A stretch of DNA of 64,000 bases from Candidatus Poriferisodalis sp. (GCA_965221195.1 OZ244864.1:2006219-2070218); one strand, 5' to 3'; numbered from the stretch's first letter, positions 49,566-58,688 are shown. Numbers and translations are program-made. The notes: a model not told the origin generated them from the letters alone.

Positions 49566-50153
49566 TCAGCTTGTCTCCTCGTCTGGGTTGGCTTCATCTG
49601 GGCTGGCTTCATCTGGGTTGGCACTGTCTGGGTCGGCGTTGCGCAGCTTGGAGGCGGCCCACATCACTGCCTTGACGATGTTCTGGTAGCCGGTGCAGCG
49701 ACACAGATTGCCCGACAGCGCCCAGCGGATCTCGTCTTCGCTGGGATTGGGGTTCTCATCCAACAAGGCCTTGGCGCTCAGCATCATTCCTGGAGTGCAG
49801 AAACCGCACTGCAGGCCGTGCTCATCTTTGAAGCCTTCTTGAATCGGGTGTAGTTCACTGGCAGTTGCCAAACCTTCAACGGTAAGAATCTCGTGACCAT
49901 CGGCTTGGACAGCGAACATCGTGCAACTCTTAACCGGCATGCCGTCGTACAGCACGGTGCATGCGCCGCAATTGGTGGTGTCACAGCCAGTGTGAGTACC
50001 GGTCAGACGAAAGCCGTTGCGCAGCAGATGCGCAAGCAGCAGCCGCGGCTCAACATCGGCAGCACGCCGGTCGCCGTTGACGGTCACCGTCACCCGTCGC
50101 ACCGGAATGTCGTCGCTAATGGTCGCTGGTACTTCCTCGAACAATGTGCTCAT
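49566..50153 (-). CDS. coxS: CO dehydrogenase small [2Fe-2S] subunit with repeat-extended C-terminal tail
   Basis: ATG at 50153, 1 nt after the coxM stop. Cluster motifs [11 protein letters not shown] and CGFCTPG. The tail [24 protein letters not shown] is encoded by 15-nt repeats. Confidence 0.9.
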   Translation of the reverse strand: MSTLFEEVPATISDDIPVRRVTVTVNGDRRAADVEPRLLLAHLLRNGFRLTGTHTGCDTTNCGACTVLYDGMPVKSCTMFAVQADGHEILTVEGLATASELHPIQEGFKDEHGLQCGFCTPGMMLSAKALLDENPNPSEDEIRWALSGNLCRCTGYQNIVKAVMWAASKLRNADPDSANPDEASPDEANPDEETS

Positions 50154-50154
50154 A

Positions 50155-51027
50155 TCAAGCCGCCTTGTGCTCAGATCGCTGGATTTGCGCCCCGAGTCGT
50201 CGAACGAAAGTGGCAACGACATGGCGCTTGTAGTCGGCGCTCCCACGATGATCTGAACGTGGCTGAGCCGCCTCCGCGGCAAGCTGAGCTGCGGCATCGA
50301 GAGCATCGGCGTCTAGCGATGTTCCGACGAGTGCGTCGGCCGCCCCTGAAGCGTTGATGGTTGCGGGACCGACACCGGTGAGCCCGATGCCCGCGCGTTC
50401 CACGGTTCCGCCCGACATCTCCACGGAGACCGCGACGGCTGCTGTAGCGAAGTCGCCGACACGCCTCTCAAGTTTGAGGTAACCACCGGCGCGCGTGCCG
50501 ATCGCCGCCGGCACCGTAGCTTCAATGGCGATCTCATCGCGTGCCAGCACGGTCTGGAAAGGGCCGTCAATGAGTTCGTCAACAGCGATGGAACGACGCC
50601 CGTTTGAGCCTTGGGCGACGATTGAGCCGCCCAACGAAACCATCACTGAGGCCCAGTCGCCTTGGGGATCGGCGTGACACAACGACCCGACGAACGTGCC
50701 TCTAACACGCACGAGCGGGTCGGCCACGACATGCGCCGCGGCTGCCATTGTGGGTTGATGCTCAGCCAGCGTCGCTGACTTCTCAAGATCAGCATGACGG
50801 CACAGGGCCCCGATTCGATAGCAACCGTCGGCATCTGGGCGGTGGTAGTTGAGGCCAGCGATCCCGTTGATGTCCACCAGCATCGCCGGCGAAGCAAACC
50901 GCAGCTTCATCATGGGGATGAGGCTCTGCCCTCCTGCGAGAATCTTTGCGTCATCGTTGGCTGCGAGGAGATCCACAGCTTCCGCAACGGTAGATGGCGC
51001 CTCGTAGCGGAATCGGGTGGGGTACAT
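50155..51027 (-). CDS. coxM: CO dehydrogenase medium FAD-binding subunit
   Basis: 290 aa. [16 protein letters not shown] is the FAD-binding motif. GAGGAG RBS upstream. Confidence 0.9.
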   Translation of the reverse strand: MYPTRFRYEAPSTVAEAVDLLAANDDAKILAGGQSLIPMMKLRFASPAMLVDINGIAGLNYHRPDADGCYRIGALCRHADLEKSATLAEHQPTMAAAAHVVADPLVRVRGTFVGSLCHADPQGDWASVMVSLGGSIVAQGSNGRRSIAVDELIDGPFQTVLARDEIAIEATVPAAIGTRAGGYLKLERRVGDFATAAVAVSVEMSGGTVERAGIGLTGVGPATINASGAADALVGTSLDADALDAAAQLAAEAAQPRSDHRGSADYKRHVVATFVRRLGAQIQRSEHKAA

Positions 51028-51042
51028 GCGCCTGCTCCTCGC

Positions 51043-51276
51043 CTAGCTCTCGCCGGGGTCGGGTACTGCTGTGGGCATTCCCTCGGCGTCGGGATCGGGG
51101 CGGCGCTCTTGGTGCGGAGGCCACGGCCCCTGCACTGGTTGACCGGCCACCTTGAGGTAGTCAACGATCTGCGGCCAAGCCCAGATTGTAGGACTGGGCC
51201 CCTCGGTGGGCGTGCCCTCAATCACTTCGTACAGCCTTGGGTTACCGGCGCTGTGGCCCGACGACTCAATCGCCAT
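51043..51276 (-). CDS. small hypothetical protein upstream of coxM
   Basis: 77-aa ORF, co-directional, 15 nt from coxM. Pro-rich, and I recognise no family. Confidence 0.3.
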   Translation of the reverse strand: MAIESSGHSAGNPRLYEVIEGTPTEGPSPTIWAWPQIVDYLKVAGQPVQGPWPPHQERRPDPDAEGMPTAVPDPGES

Positions 51277-51407
51277 GGCTCCCCTTCCCCCTCAGAAATT
51301 TCGCAGCGCAACGCTCTTGCGCTGCGCCCTTGCTACAGCGGCGACTGTACCACGGCGTATCTTTGAATGTCAGTCATGTACCAGTCGTGGAGCCCGCGAG
51401 CGCCACT

Positions 51408-52226
51408 TCAGGAATGCAACAGGCGGCGGGCAGCTTCTACTACAACGACAACTGTCTGCTTTTCGGTGGCAGTGATGCGGGCTTCATCAACGACAGCCTC
51501 TGAGTGGATTCGGTGGGCTATCACCCCGGCGACACATCCGGCGCGCCAGCCGTTGGCCGCGCACATCGTGAGCAACGTGGCCGACTCCATCTCGTAATTG
51601 AGTACCCCGATGCGGCGCCATTCGGCCAGACTGCCGCGCAGCCACGGAACAACGGCACCGGCCACCGTGTCGTAGCGCTCTTGGCCGGGATAGAATGTGT
51701 CGCTTGACGCTGTAATGCCGACTTGATGGGAAACGCCAAGAGCGACCGCGGCATCCACTAGGGCGCGGGTGCATTCGAACGAGGAGGCGGCCGGGTACTC
51801 AATCGGAGCGAAGTGTCGGCTCGCCCCGTCGAGGCGGACTGCTGCTTGGGTGATGACCAAGTCGCCGACTGCCAGATCGGGCTGTATCGACCCGGTAGTG
51901 CCGACCCGCAGGAACGTCCGCACACCGAGCTGGCCCAGCTCTTCGACAGCCACTGAGGTTGACGGCCCGCCCACCCCAGTCGAGCAGATCACCACCGGCT
52001 GGCTGTCGGACGAGGTCCGTGAGGTCGAGGCCCGTGAGGTCGAGGTCCGTGAGGTCGAGGCTCGATAGACAGTGAACTCACGGTTCGTGGCCAGATGGAC
52101 AGGCTCGGCTAATGCCTCAGCGATTCTCGCAACCCGAGCTGGGTCCCCCGGCAAGATGGCCAACGATGCTCCACCCAAGTCGGTAGCACTCACACCGAGA
52201 TGCATCACTTTGTCGAAGGTGTTCAT
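51408..52226 (-). CDS. uridine/purine nucleoside phosphorylase family (Udp-like) with repeat insertion
   Basis: ATG at 52226. ILPGDPARV, CSTGVGGPSTSVAVEEL and RVGTTGS motifs. A 15-nt tandem repeat (52011-52064) inserts TSRTSTSRASTSRTS before the CSTG motif. Confidence 0.8.
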   Translation of the reverse strand: MNTFDKVMHLGVSATDLGGASLAILPGDPARVARIAEALAEPVHLATNREFTVYRASTSRTSTSRASTSRTSSDSQPVVICSTGVGGPSTSVAVEELGQLGVRTFLRVGTTGSIQPDLAVGDLVITQAAVRLDGASRHFAPIEYPAASSFECTRALVDAAVALGVSHQVGITASSDTFYPGQERYDTVAGAVVPWLRGSLAEWRRIGVLNYEMESATLLTMCAANGWRAGCVAGVIAHRIHSEAVVDEARITATEKQTVVVVVEAARRLLHS

Positions 52227-52259
52227 TCGCAAGTCAAAGGCCCAAATCAAAGGCGCAAG

Positions 52260-52703
52260 TCAAAGGCATTGGGGACAAGTGCCGAACACGTCGAGCCGGT
52301 GGGTGTTGGGCTGGAATCCGCTGGCGCCCAACGCTCCGCTGAGCGACGTCTCGATGCTGCGTTCGGTCGTAGCAGGCATGAAGAAGTCGGCCACCGTGCC
52401 GCACACGGTGCAGATGGCGTGGTGGTGACGGCCGATGATGTCCTCTGAGAATTCGTAACGAGTTGGATCATCGACCCCGACGACCCGACGCACGATGCCC
52501 ACGCTCTCAAGATCGGCCATGTTGCGGTAGAGCGAACTCTGGGTGAGGCGAGGACGGAGTTCAAGCATTTCGGGGATAGTCGCCGGACGGGCAGCACGAA
52601 TGAGAAGCTCCACCAGTTCTTGGCGACCCTTGGTGTAAATCTGGCCTGCTTCGTGAAGGCGGGCCGACACTAACTCGTGGGTCTCGGCGAGACGCTCGCC
52701 CAT
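52260..52703 (-). CDS. Fur-family transcriptional regulator
   Basis: 147 aa. Winged HTH (TIPEMLELRPRLTQSSLYRNMADLESVGIV), HHHAICTVCG and a C-terminal CPQC. Confidence 0.85.
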   Translation of the reverse strand: MGERLAETHELVSARLHEAGQIYTKGRQELVELLIRAARPATIPEMLELRPRLTQSSLYRNMADLESVGIVRRVVGVDDPTRYEFSEDIIGRHHHAICTVCGTVADFFMPATTERSIETSLSGALGASGFQPNTHRLDVFGTCPQCL

Positions 52704-52783
52704 GGGCGCATACTACCGAGGTCGTCAACCGCCAAAGTCAGCAAGCGCGCCAGGCTGGTGCGTCAGGCTGCTGCAGCAGACTT

Positions 52784-53584
52784 TTAGGGAGCAACCCGAA
52801 CAACGAACGCGGCGATTTCGTCGATCACCTCGTCTCGGTTGGTCTCATTCACGAGTTCATGGCGGGCGCCTTCGTAGAGCCGGATCGTCTTGTCTTGGGC
52901 GGGCATCGCCTGCGCTGCCGCCAACGAAGTGCGGTAGTCCACGAAGGGATCGTCGGTGCCATGACAAAAAAGCACCGGCATGACTAGCTGATCTATATCG
53001 GCGCCGAAGCTGTCCAACGCAGCCATCTCAGCTTCGAGCAACGGTCGCTTGTACTGTCCCCGATAGATGAGCGGATCGGTGGCATAGGCCTCTACTGCGG
53101 CTTCGTCACGAGACATGCCAGAAAAATCGGTAGTGGCAGGCGGCAGATCCGGTGCCGCCAAGGCTTCCCGAGCCCAGTTCCAATCGCCAATCACCGCTCC
53201 TAGCAACACGATGCCCGCAACGCTGTCGGGGTACTCTTGAGCGAACCGTGATGTGAGCAGGCCGCCCATTGAGTGTCCGATCATCACCACCGGAAGACGC
53301 TGATGCTCGGTCAAGGCCGTATCGACCAGCGTCTTCAGGTCGGTGACCACATGAGAGAAATCGGTGAGGAGCGCCCGCTCGCCGTCGCTGTGGCCGTGCC
53401 CTATGTGGTCAGGTCCGTAAACGACTGCCCCGTCGGTAGTGAGCCGTCTTGCGACATGGCGGTACCGAGCCGCATACTCGGCGTAGCCATGCACGACAAC
53501 AACGATGCGCCTCGGCGGGCCGTTGGGAGCCCACCGCTCGTAATGGATCGACCCTTTTGTTCCTGCGAATGTTGGCACGAGCAT
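52784..53584 (-). CDS. alpha/beta hydrolase (lysophospholipase/monoglyceride lipase-like)
   Basis: ATG at 53584. VVVHGYAEY, the nucleophile elbow GHSMGG, and C-terminal HE. Confidence 0.8.
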   Translation of the reverse strand: MLVPTFAGTKGSIHYERWAPNGPPRRIVVVVHGYAEYAARYRHVARRLTTDGAVVYGPDHIGHGHSDGERALLTDFSHVVTDLKTLVDTALTEHQRLPVVMIGHSMGGLLTSRFAQEYPDSVAGIVLLGAVIGDWNWAREALAAPDLPPATTDFSGMSRDEAAVEAYATDPLIYRGQYKRPLLEAEMAALDSFGADIDQLVMPVLFCHGTDDPFVDYRTSLAAAQAMPAQDKTIRLYEGARHELVNETNRDEVIDEIAAFVVRVAP

Positions 53585-53642
53585 GGTTTTAGCAGTTACC
53601 GTCAAGCGCTTAGCGCTGAACCTGTGAGGAGGAGCCAAAGAG

Positions 53643-54845
53643 ATGAACACCTACACGCTTGAACCCATGCCCACAACGGCCGTAGGCGAAGGCAGTGTCG
53701 CTGAGATTGCCCAGCATGTGAAGGCCCACGGCAGCCGCGCTTTCGTGGTGAGCGACCCGGGCGTGCGTGCTGCGGGCGTCTTGGACTCCGTCACCGATGC
53801 GCTTACCAAGGACGGCCTCGACTGGATCACTTTCGACGATGTAGACCCGAACCCGACAGACACCAACGTCGCCGCAGGGGTGGAGTCGCTGCGAGGGTTT
53901 GGCACCGAGCACACCGTGATGGTGCTCGTCGGCGGCGGTTCCGTGATGGACTGCGGCAAGTACATAGCTATGGCTGCGCCGTCGGGCGTTAACGACTCCT
54001 CGCTTGCCTTCTCACCCGAGCTTGATGACGCCGACCGGATCGATTTCGCCACGCTGGCACCCCCGGCGCGAGTTAGCGCTCCCTGCGTGCCAACGGTCGC
54101 CGTTCCCACAACCTCCGGCACGGCATCTGAGACCAACGGCGGCGGCCTGATTACCCGCAGCGAAGACCACCGCAAGCTGACATTCAGCAATCCAGACGTC
54201 GCTCCGCGCGCCGTCGTGCTCGATCCATCGCTCACTGTCGGGCTTCCGCCGGGTGCCACTGCTGTGTGCGGCATGGATGTCCTCACTCACGCCATTGAGG
54301 CCTACACATCCACCGCTGCGAACCCTTACGCCGACGGCCTCGCGCTGCATGCCATCCGGCTCACTGGTCGATGGCTCCCTCAAGCAGTCGCCGATGGCAG
54401 CGACATTGAGGCACGGGCAGCGATGCAGATCGCGTCCCACCTTGCGGGCCGCGCGTTCTCATCTGGTCCCCTGCTGGGCCTCGTGCATGCCACTGGCCAC
54501 CCTGTGTCGGGCACTTTCGGTGCAGCTCACGGACAGACGCTTGCCACCATGCTCCCTTACGTCATGCGTTTCAACATCGAAGCCGTCTCTGACCGATACG
54601 CAGATGTGGGCCAAGCGCTCGGTGTCGCCCGTGACCCATTGGCAGCTATTGAGGCCGTCGAGACGCTGTCGGCGACGGTCGGCACAAATCGCAGCTTGAG
54701 CGATCTTGGTGCCACATCTGCCGACCTTGACGCGCTTACCACCGACGCGTTGCGCGACCTCATCATTTTGAATACGCCGCGCTACCCGAGCCGTGCAGAG
54801 GTGCGCGCACTGTACGAACAAGCACTGTACGAACAGGCAATGTGA
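53643..54845 (+). CDS. iron-containing (group III) alcohol dehydrogenase
   Basis: 400 aa. GGGSVMDCGK, the TSGTASE loop, and His-rich metal sites (HAIEAY, HATGH). Confidence 0.85.
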   Translation: MNTYTLEPMPTTAVGEGSVAEIAQHVKAHGSRAFVVSDPGVRAAGVLDSVTDALTKDGLDWITFDDVDPNPTDTNVAAGVESLRGFGTEHTVMVLVGGGSVMDCGKYIAMAAPSGVNDSSLAFSPELDDADRIDFATLAPPARVSAPCVPTVAVPTTSGTASETNGGGLITRSEDHRKLTFSNPDVAPRAVVLDPSLTVGLPPGATAVCGMDVLTHAIEAYTSTAANPYADGLALHAIRLTGRWLPQAVADGSDIEARAAMQIASHLAGRAFSSGPLLGLVHATGHPVSGTFGAAHGQTLATMLPYVMRFNIEAVSDRYADVGQALGVARDPLAAIEAVETLSATVGTNRSLSDLGATSADLDALTTDALRDLIILNTPRYPSRAEVRALYEQALYEQAM

Positions 54846-54870
54846 GCAAACAGATGGAATCGCCCACATC

Positions 54871-55902
54871 GTGACCGTTCTGCGTATTGGTGTTCTCCCG
54901 GCTGGCCTCGATACAGACGGTTTCGATTACATCCGCAGCGCCGAGCGGCTCGGTGTTGACTCGGTATGGATGCCCGAAGCGTGGATGTACGACGCGCTGA
55001 CTCCGCTCGCTTATCTCGCCTCGATCACCGACCACGTCCGCCTAGCTACCGGGGCCGTTCAACTTGGTGCCCGCTCCCCAGCCATGCTGGCGATGTCTGC
55101 CCTCGCGTTGCAGAAAATGTCGGAGGGCCGCTTCGTGCTAGGGCTGGGCACTAGCGGACCTCAGGTCATGGAGGGCTGGCACGGTGTTCGTTTCGACCGG
55201 CCTATCACCCGCACTAGCGAGACCATCGACATCGTCCGCAAGGTTTTCTCCGGAGACCGACTCACTTACGAAGGCAAGGTGTACAAGCTTCCGCTACCCG
55301 ACAGTCAAGGTCGATCTCTTCGCTCACCGGTCGCCAACGCGCCCATCCCGATCTACCTAGCGTCCATGGGGCCAGCCAACCTGCGGCTCACAGGTGCCAA
55401 AGCCGATGGTTGGATCGGCACAGCGTTCTTGCCCGAGTCGGCCAGTGTGTTCACCGACCCCATCCGTGAAGGTGCCATCTCAACGGGGCGGTCCCTCAAC
55501 GACATCGAATTGACAGCCGCGGTGACCCTCGAATTCTCCGACGACCCCGAGGCAGCGGCACGGCGTCATGCCGACGGCTACGCGTTCACCATCGGTGCCA
55601 TGGGGTCTGCGTCAACAAATTTCTACAACCAAGCGTTTGCACGGCAAGGTTTCGCTGACGCAGTCGAAGAGGTGCAGCGGCTCTGGCAGTCAGGCGACCG
55701 GGATGCTGCCGCCGCCGCAGTGCCCATTGAGATCGGGCTCCGTACGAATCTGTTAGGCGGAGATGCGGAGGTCAGCGAGCGACTCCGCGCTTACCGCTTC
55801 ACGGGGATCCAGACGCTGCGGGTTCAGATTGACATCGAAGACCCGACCGCCCGGCTCGACTCGCTCGCACGATTGATGGACTTAGTGCGTGCTGTCAACT
55901 AG
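54871..55902 (+). CDS. LLM-class F420-dependent oxidoreductase
   Basis: In-frame GTG at 54871. AERLGVDSVWMPEAW and PIYLASMGPANLRLTGAKADGWIG. Confidence 0.85.
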   Translation: MTVLRIGVLPAGLDTDGFDYIRSAERLGVDSVWMPEAWMYDALTPLAYLASITDHVRLATGAVQLGARSPAMLAMSALALQKMSEGRFVLGLGTSGPQVMEGWHGVRFDRPITRTSETIDIVRKVFSGDRLTYEGKVYKLPLPDSQGRSLRSPVANAPIPIYLASMGPANLRLTGAKADGWIGTAFLPESASVFTDPIREGAISTGRSLNDIELTAAVTLEFSDDPEAAARRHADGYAFTIGAMGSASTNFYNQAFARQGFADAVEEVQRLWQSGDRDAAAAAVPIEIGLRTNLLGGDAEVSERLRAYRFTGIQTLRVQIDIEDPTARLDSLARLMDLVRAVN

Positions 55903-56149
55903 GAATGAGGCATTGCAAAGACACCCCAAGCGCAGGGATTGCCTAACTCGCACAGGTTCGTACGGCACTGCGGGTGTGGCACTGACCTGAACGGGCTTCT
56001 TCGTCGAACATCTACCGCATGAGGTCGTGCCGCCAGCGCGGGCGAGCCGCAGGCGCCACTTGTGTTTGCATGGGCAATATTCTCGGCCTCGGTGCTGCAA
56101 TCGAAATGGCGGCTTCGTAGAGCGGGCCTATTGCGTCAGCAGGTGGGCA

Positions 56150-56857
56150 TCACACCGAGTCGGCTGCTGTGGGCACGGCGGGCGGCTGCAGTGCATCGAC
56201 CCTTTCGACAAGGGCGCGGAGGTCTCCACGCAGCTCGTCGATACGGCGGTCTACGCCGTCAACGCGTTTTTCCACGGCATCGATCTTGGTGTCGACGATT
56301 TCGAAGCGGGAATCCATCGCATCGAAGCGCGCATCCACTGCATCAAAGCGCGCATCGATTCGGCCGTTCTGCTCTTCGAAGCGCGCATCCATCGCATCGA
56401 AGCGCGCATCCACTGCATCAAAGCGCGCATCGATTCGGCCGTTCTGTTCCTCAAAGCGCGCATCCATCGCATCGAAGCGCGCATCCACTGCATCAAAGCG
56501 CGCATCGATTCGGCCGTTCTGTTCCTCAAAGCGCGTATCAATCGCCTCGAAGCGCGTATCAATCGCCTCGAAGCGCGTATCAATCGCCTCGAAGCGCGTA
56601 TCAATCGCCTCGAAGCGCGCATCCACTGCATCGAAGCGCGCATCCACTGCATCGAAGCGTGCATCGATTCGGCCGTTCTGTTCCTCAAAGCGCGCATCCA
56701 CTGCATCGAAGCGCGCATCGATTCGGCCGTTCTGTTCCTCGAATCGGACGTTGACGCTTCCGAAGCCCCATTTGATGATGGCCCACGCGCCGCCAGCGAA
56801 CGCCACGGCGATCGTGACGATCACCGTAAGCAGCGGTGGCACGGTCGACCAGTCCAT
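56150..56857 (-). CDS. membrane-anchored repeat protein built from 7- and 11-aa (DARFDAV / DARFEEQNGRI) units
   Basis: The N-terminal TM helix (LLTVIVTIAVAFAGGAWAII), a non-repeat C-terminal tail and a sensible start make the minus frame the most protein-like of the frames left open by the repeat. Confidence 0.6.
   Translation of the reverse strand: MDWSTVPPLLTVIVTIAVAFAGGAWAIIKWGFGSVNVRFEEQNGRIDARFDAVDARFEEQNGRIDARFDAVDARFDAVDARFEAIDTRFEAIDTRFEAIDTRFEAIDTRFEEQNGRIDARFDAVDARFDAMDARFEEQNGRIDARFDAVDARFDAMDARFEEQNGRIDARFDAVDARFDAMDSRFEIVDTKIDAVEKRVDGVDRRIDELRGDLRALVERVDALQPPAVPTAADSV
56283..56745. repeat. 21-nt-based tandem repeat array with 75-nt higher-order units
   Basis: gcgcgcatccatcgcatcgaa / gcgcgcatccactgcatcaaa / gcgcgcatcgattcggccgttctgttcctcaaa is repeated three times. 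Then come four perfect copies of gcgcgtatcaatcgcctcgaa, then further units. Confidence 0.9.
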
Positions 56858-56923
56858 GGGTTGATCTTAGACGACACTGCAGCCAACACAAGCCTATTTT
56901 CCATGTGCCTCCCACAGCAGCGG

Positions 56924-57112
56924 TTACAGCATCTGATCTTCGACGGGTGCTGCGGCGCGGGCGGCGGCTGCGAGGGCACCTTCGCGCAGGCTGGGCCAGG
57001 CTGCGATGAGGCTGTTGTAGGCGTTGGCCTCAGCGGCCCAGCCGTTGTTGTCGGCTTTCTGGTACAGCAGGTAAGCGAGCTGGCGGGCCCGGTTGCGTAG
57101 TCCATCAGCCCA
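56924..57112 (-). pseudogene. 3'-terminal remnant resembling the C-terminus of DUF1156-type defence methyltransferases
   Basis: A 62-codon open frame without a start: WADGLRNRARQLAYLLYQKADNNGWAAEANAYNSLIAAWPSLREG... It resembles the LAYrLY...W..EA.aYN.L...WPe tail I recall for DUF1156 proteins. The upstream part appears frame-shifted. Confidence 0.3.
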
Positions 57113-57249
57113 TCACGGTCGATCGCTCGACGTGCTTGCTTGTCGGCAGTCAACGCCCTCAGATAGGCCCCGGCTCGCCTTGGCAATTCGCGCATCGCTG
57201 CACGCTGCACGAGAGGCTGGCTGTAACACCCCTCTTCTACGTTGGCGGC

Positions 57250-57765
57250 ATGTCACAAGAAAACGTGAGTCTGTTCGTCAGAGCCCTGTGGGGACCAGAG
57301 GGTCCACCGGAAGATGCGGCCACACGACATTCTTGGCACGATGTCGCGCCGATCCGGAAGCCAGCAGCGATCCCGGTACCGAACATGGTGCTGTCGCGAG
57401 CTGAGATGCAACAGATCTCTCGCGGCTATGTGCCGATGGACATGAGCGACAGATGGTTTGCCTTCATGGAGAACGACTGCCTGTACCTTCACCGAAGCTG
57501 GACCGGTTACGGCATCTACGAAGTCACCTTCGCCGCCAAAGTCCTCGACTACGCGCCCGAGACCGGGTTCACGATTACTTCGGCCAGAGTCGAAGAAGAC
57601 ATAGATGTCTACAAGCGGGATTCAGACATGGGCGAGCGTGAACGGCTGCAAAACCTCATCACTCACGTTTCTGGCGAGCCGATGCCGCTAATCCTGCCGA
57701 CCGTGATCCGGAGCAAGCCGCAGCAAGATGGAAGCACCGACGGGCAGCCGTCGTCGAAGTTGTAA
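57250..57765 (+). CDS. hypothetical protein
   Basis: ATG at 57250, 171 aa. MSDRWFAFMENDCLYLHRSWTGYGIYEVTF. No family recognised. Confidence 0.5.
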   Translation: MSQENVSLFVRALWGPEGPPEDAATRHSWHDVAPIRKPAAIPVPNMVLSRAEMQQISRGYVPMDMSDRWFAFMENDCLYLHRSWTGYGIYEVTFAAKVLDYAPETGFTITSARVEEDIDVYKRDSDMGERERLQNLITHVSGEPMPLILPTVIRSKPQQDGSTDGQPSSKL

Positions 57766-57845
57766 GCGCCTTCGTCGAAAATAAACAGCCAACAGCCAGA
57801 CGAACAGTTCACCAAAGACTACGGCAACTGCTGGCAGCAGCGGGT

Positions 57846-58229
57846 CTAGCTGGGTGGGGTGGCGTCGGCGAGGAGCTTGGCGACGTTGAGCGGAACGTTG
57901 GTCTGGGCCATGTGCATTGTTATGTCAACGACTGGTTCGACCAGGTAGCGGACTTGGGGCTCGGCGGATGGGTTGTCGGGCACCGAGATCACTGCGAGGC
58001 GCCACCGCTCAGGGTCGTTCTGGGCTTGGCGCACCTCGTCGTTCGCTCCGGCATCGGACAGGTCGGCCACTGTGATCAGCCGCTCGCCGAGCTCTCCATC
58101 TGCAGTGCGGTAGGTCAGCGTCGCGGATGTTTGGCTGTGCATCTGGACGGCCACGACGATGGCTTCGTTGTTGGCTACGACACCCGACAACCTCATCCCT
58201 GCCGTCAGGTCATCAAGATTCGCCGTCAT
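57846..58229 (-). CDS. hypothetical protein (possibly a fused remnant of a larger defence gene)
   Basis: ATG at 58229, 127 aa. The N-terminal half (LTAGMRLSGVVANNEAIVVAVQMHSQTSATLTYRTADGELGERL) resembles the small beta-barrel that opens many SNF2/defence helicases. Confidence 0.4.
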   Translation of the reverse strand: MTANLDDLTAGMRLSGVVANNEAIVVAVQMHSQTSATLTYRTADGELGERLITVADLSDAGANDEVRQAQNDPERWRLAVISVPDNPSAEPQVRYLVEPVVDITMHMAQTNVPLNVAKLLADATPPS

Positions 58230-58408
58230 GCGAATGCCCCAGTGCCGACCCGCCGCATGCGCGCCGCTAATGCAAACAGGCCGCTCTTTCCTGCAGGCGG
58301 GTGGCTCACGGCGGGCCATTTAACACTGCGACGAGGTGGCGAAGTTGGCCCAGTCAGACATGACTTAGCGATGCCCGAGGTCAACAGAAAAGACACCGAC
58401 GGGTTATG

Positions 58409-58494
58409 GGTGTCGGAGGGGGGACTTGAACCCCCACACCCTTACGGGCACTAGATCCTTAGTCTAGCGCGTCTGCCAATTCCGCCACTCCGAC
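58409..58494 (-). tRNA. tRNA-Leu, anticodon AAG (class II, long variable arm)
   Basis: Hand fold: acceptor GTCGGAG/CTCCGAC; D arm GCG-GAATTGGCAGA-CGC; anticodon stem CTAGA/TCTAG with loop CTAAGGA; variable arm GCCC-GTAA-GGGT; T arm GGGGG-TTCAAGT-CCCCC; discriminator A. The genomic 3' tail is CCC, so CCA is not fully encoded. Confidence 0.85.
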
Positions 58495-58688
58495 TACATC
58501 TTGCGAAATCGCTGCCTAGGCAGGCGTTTCGGGGGCATCAGCATAGCGTCGAGTGGCTACTTGTCTGGTGAGGCTCAGGCCGCGTCGATCGCTTTTGCCA
58601 GAACATCAAGACGGCTCGGGTTGAGTTCACCCCGCCATGACTACACGACGATGCCAACTAGACGGTCGTAGGGAACGAAAGCGTGCGG

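Noticed and set aside
56027-57100. Plus-strand and alternative minus-strand ORFs across the 21-nt repeat array (56027-57100, 56062-56754, 56169-56864, 56251-56718)
   Set aside because: The repeat keeps these frames open artificially. They lack a credible N-terminus or TM helix and give Arg/His/Ser-rich products.
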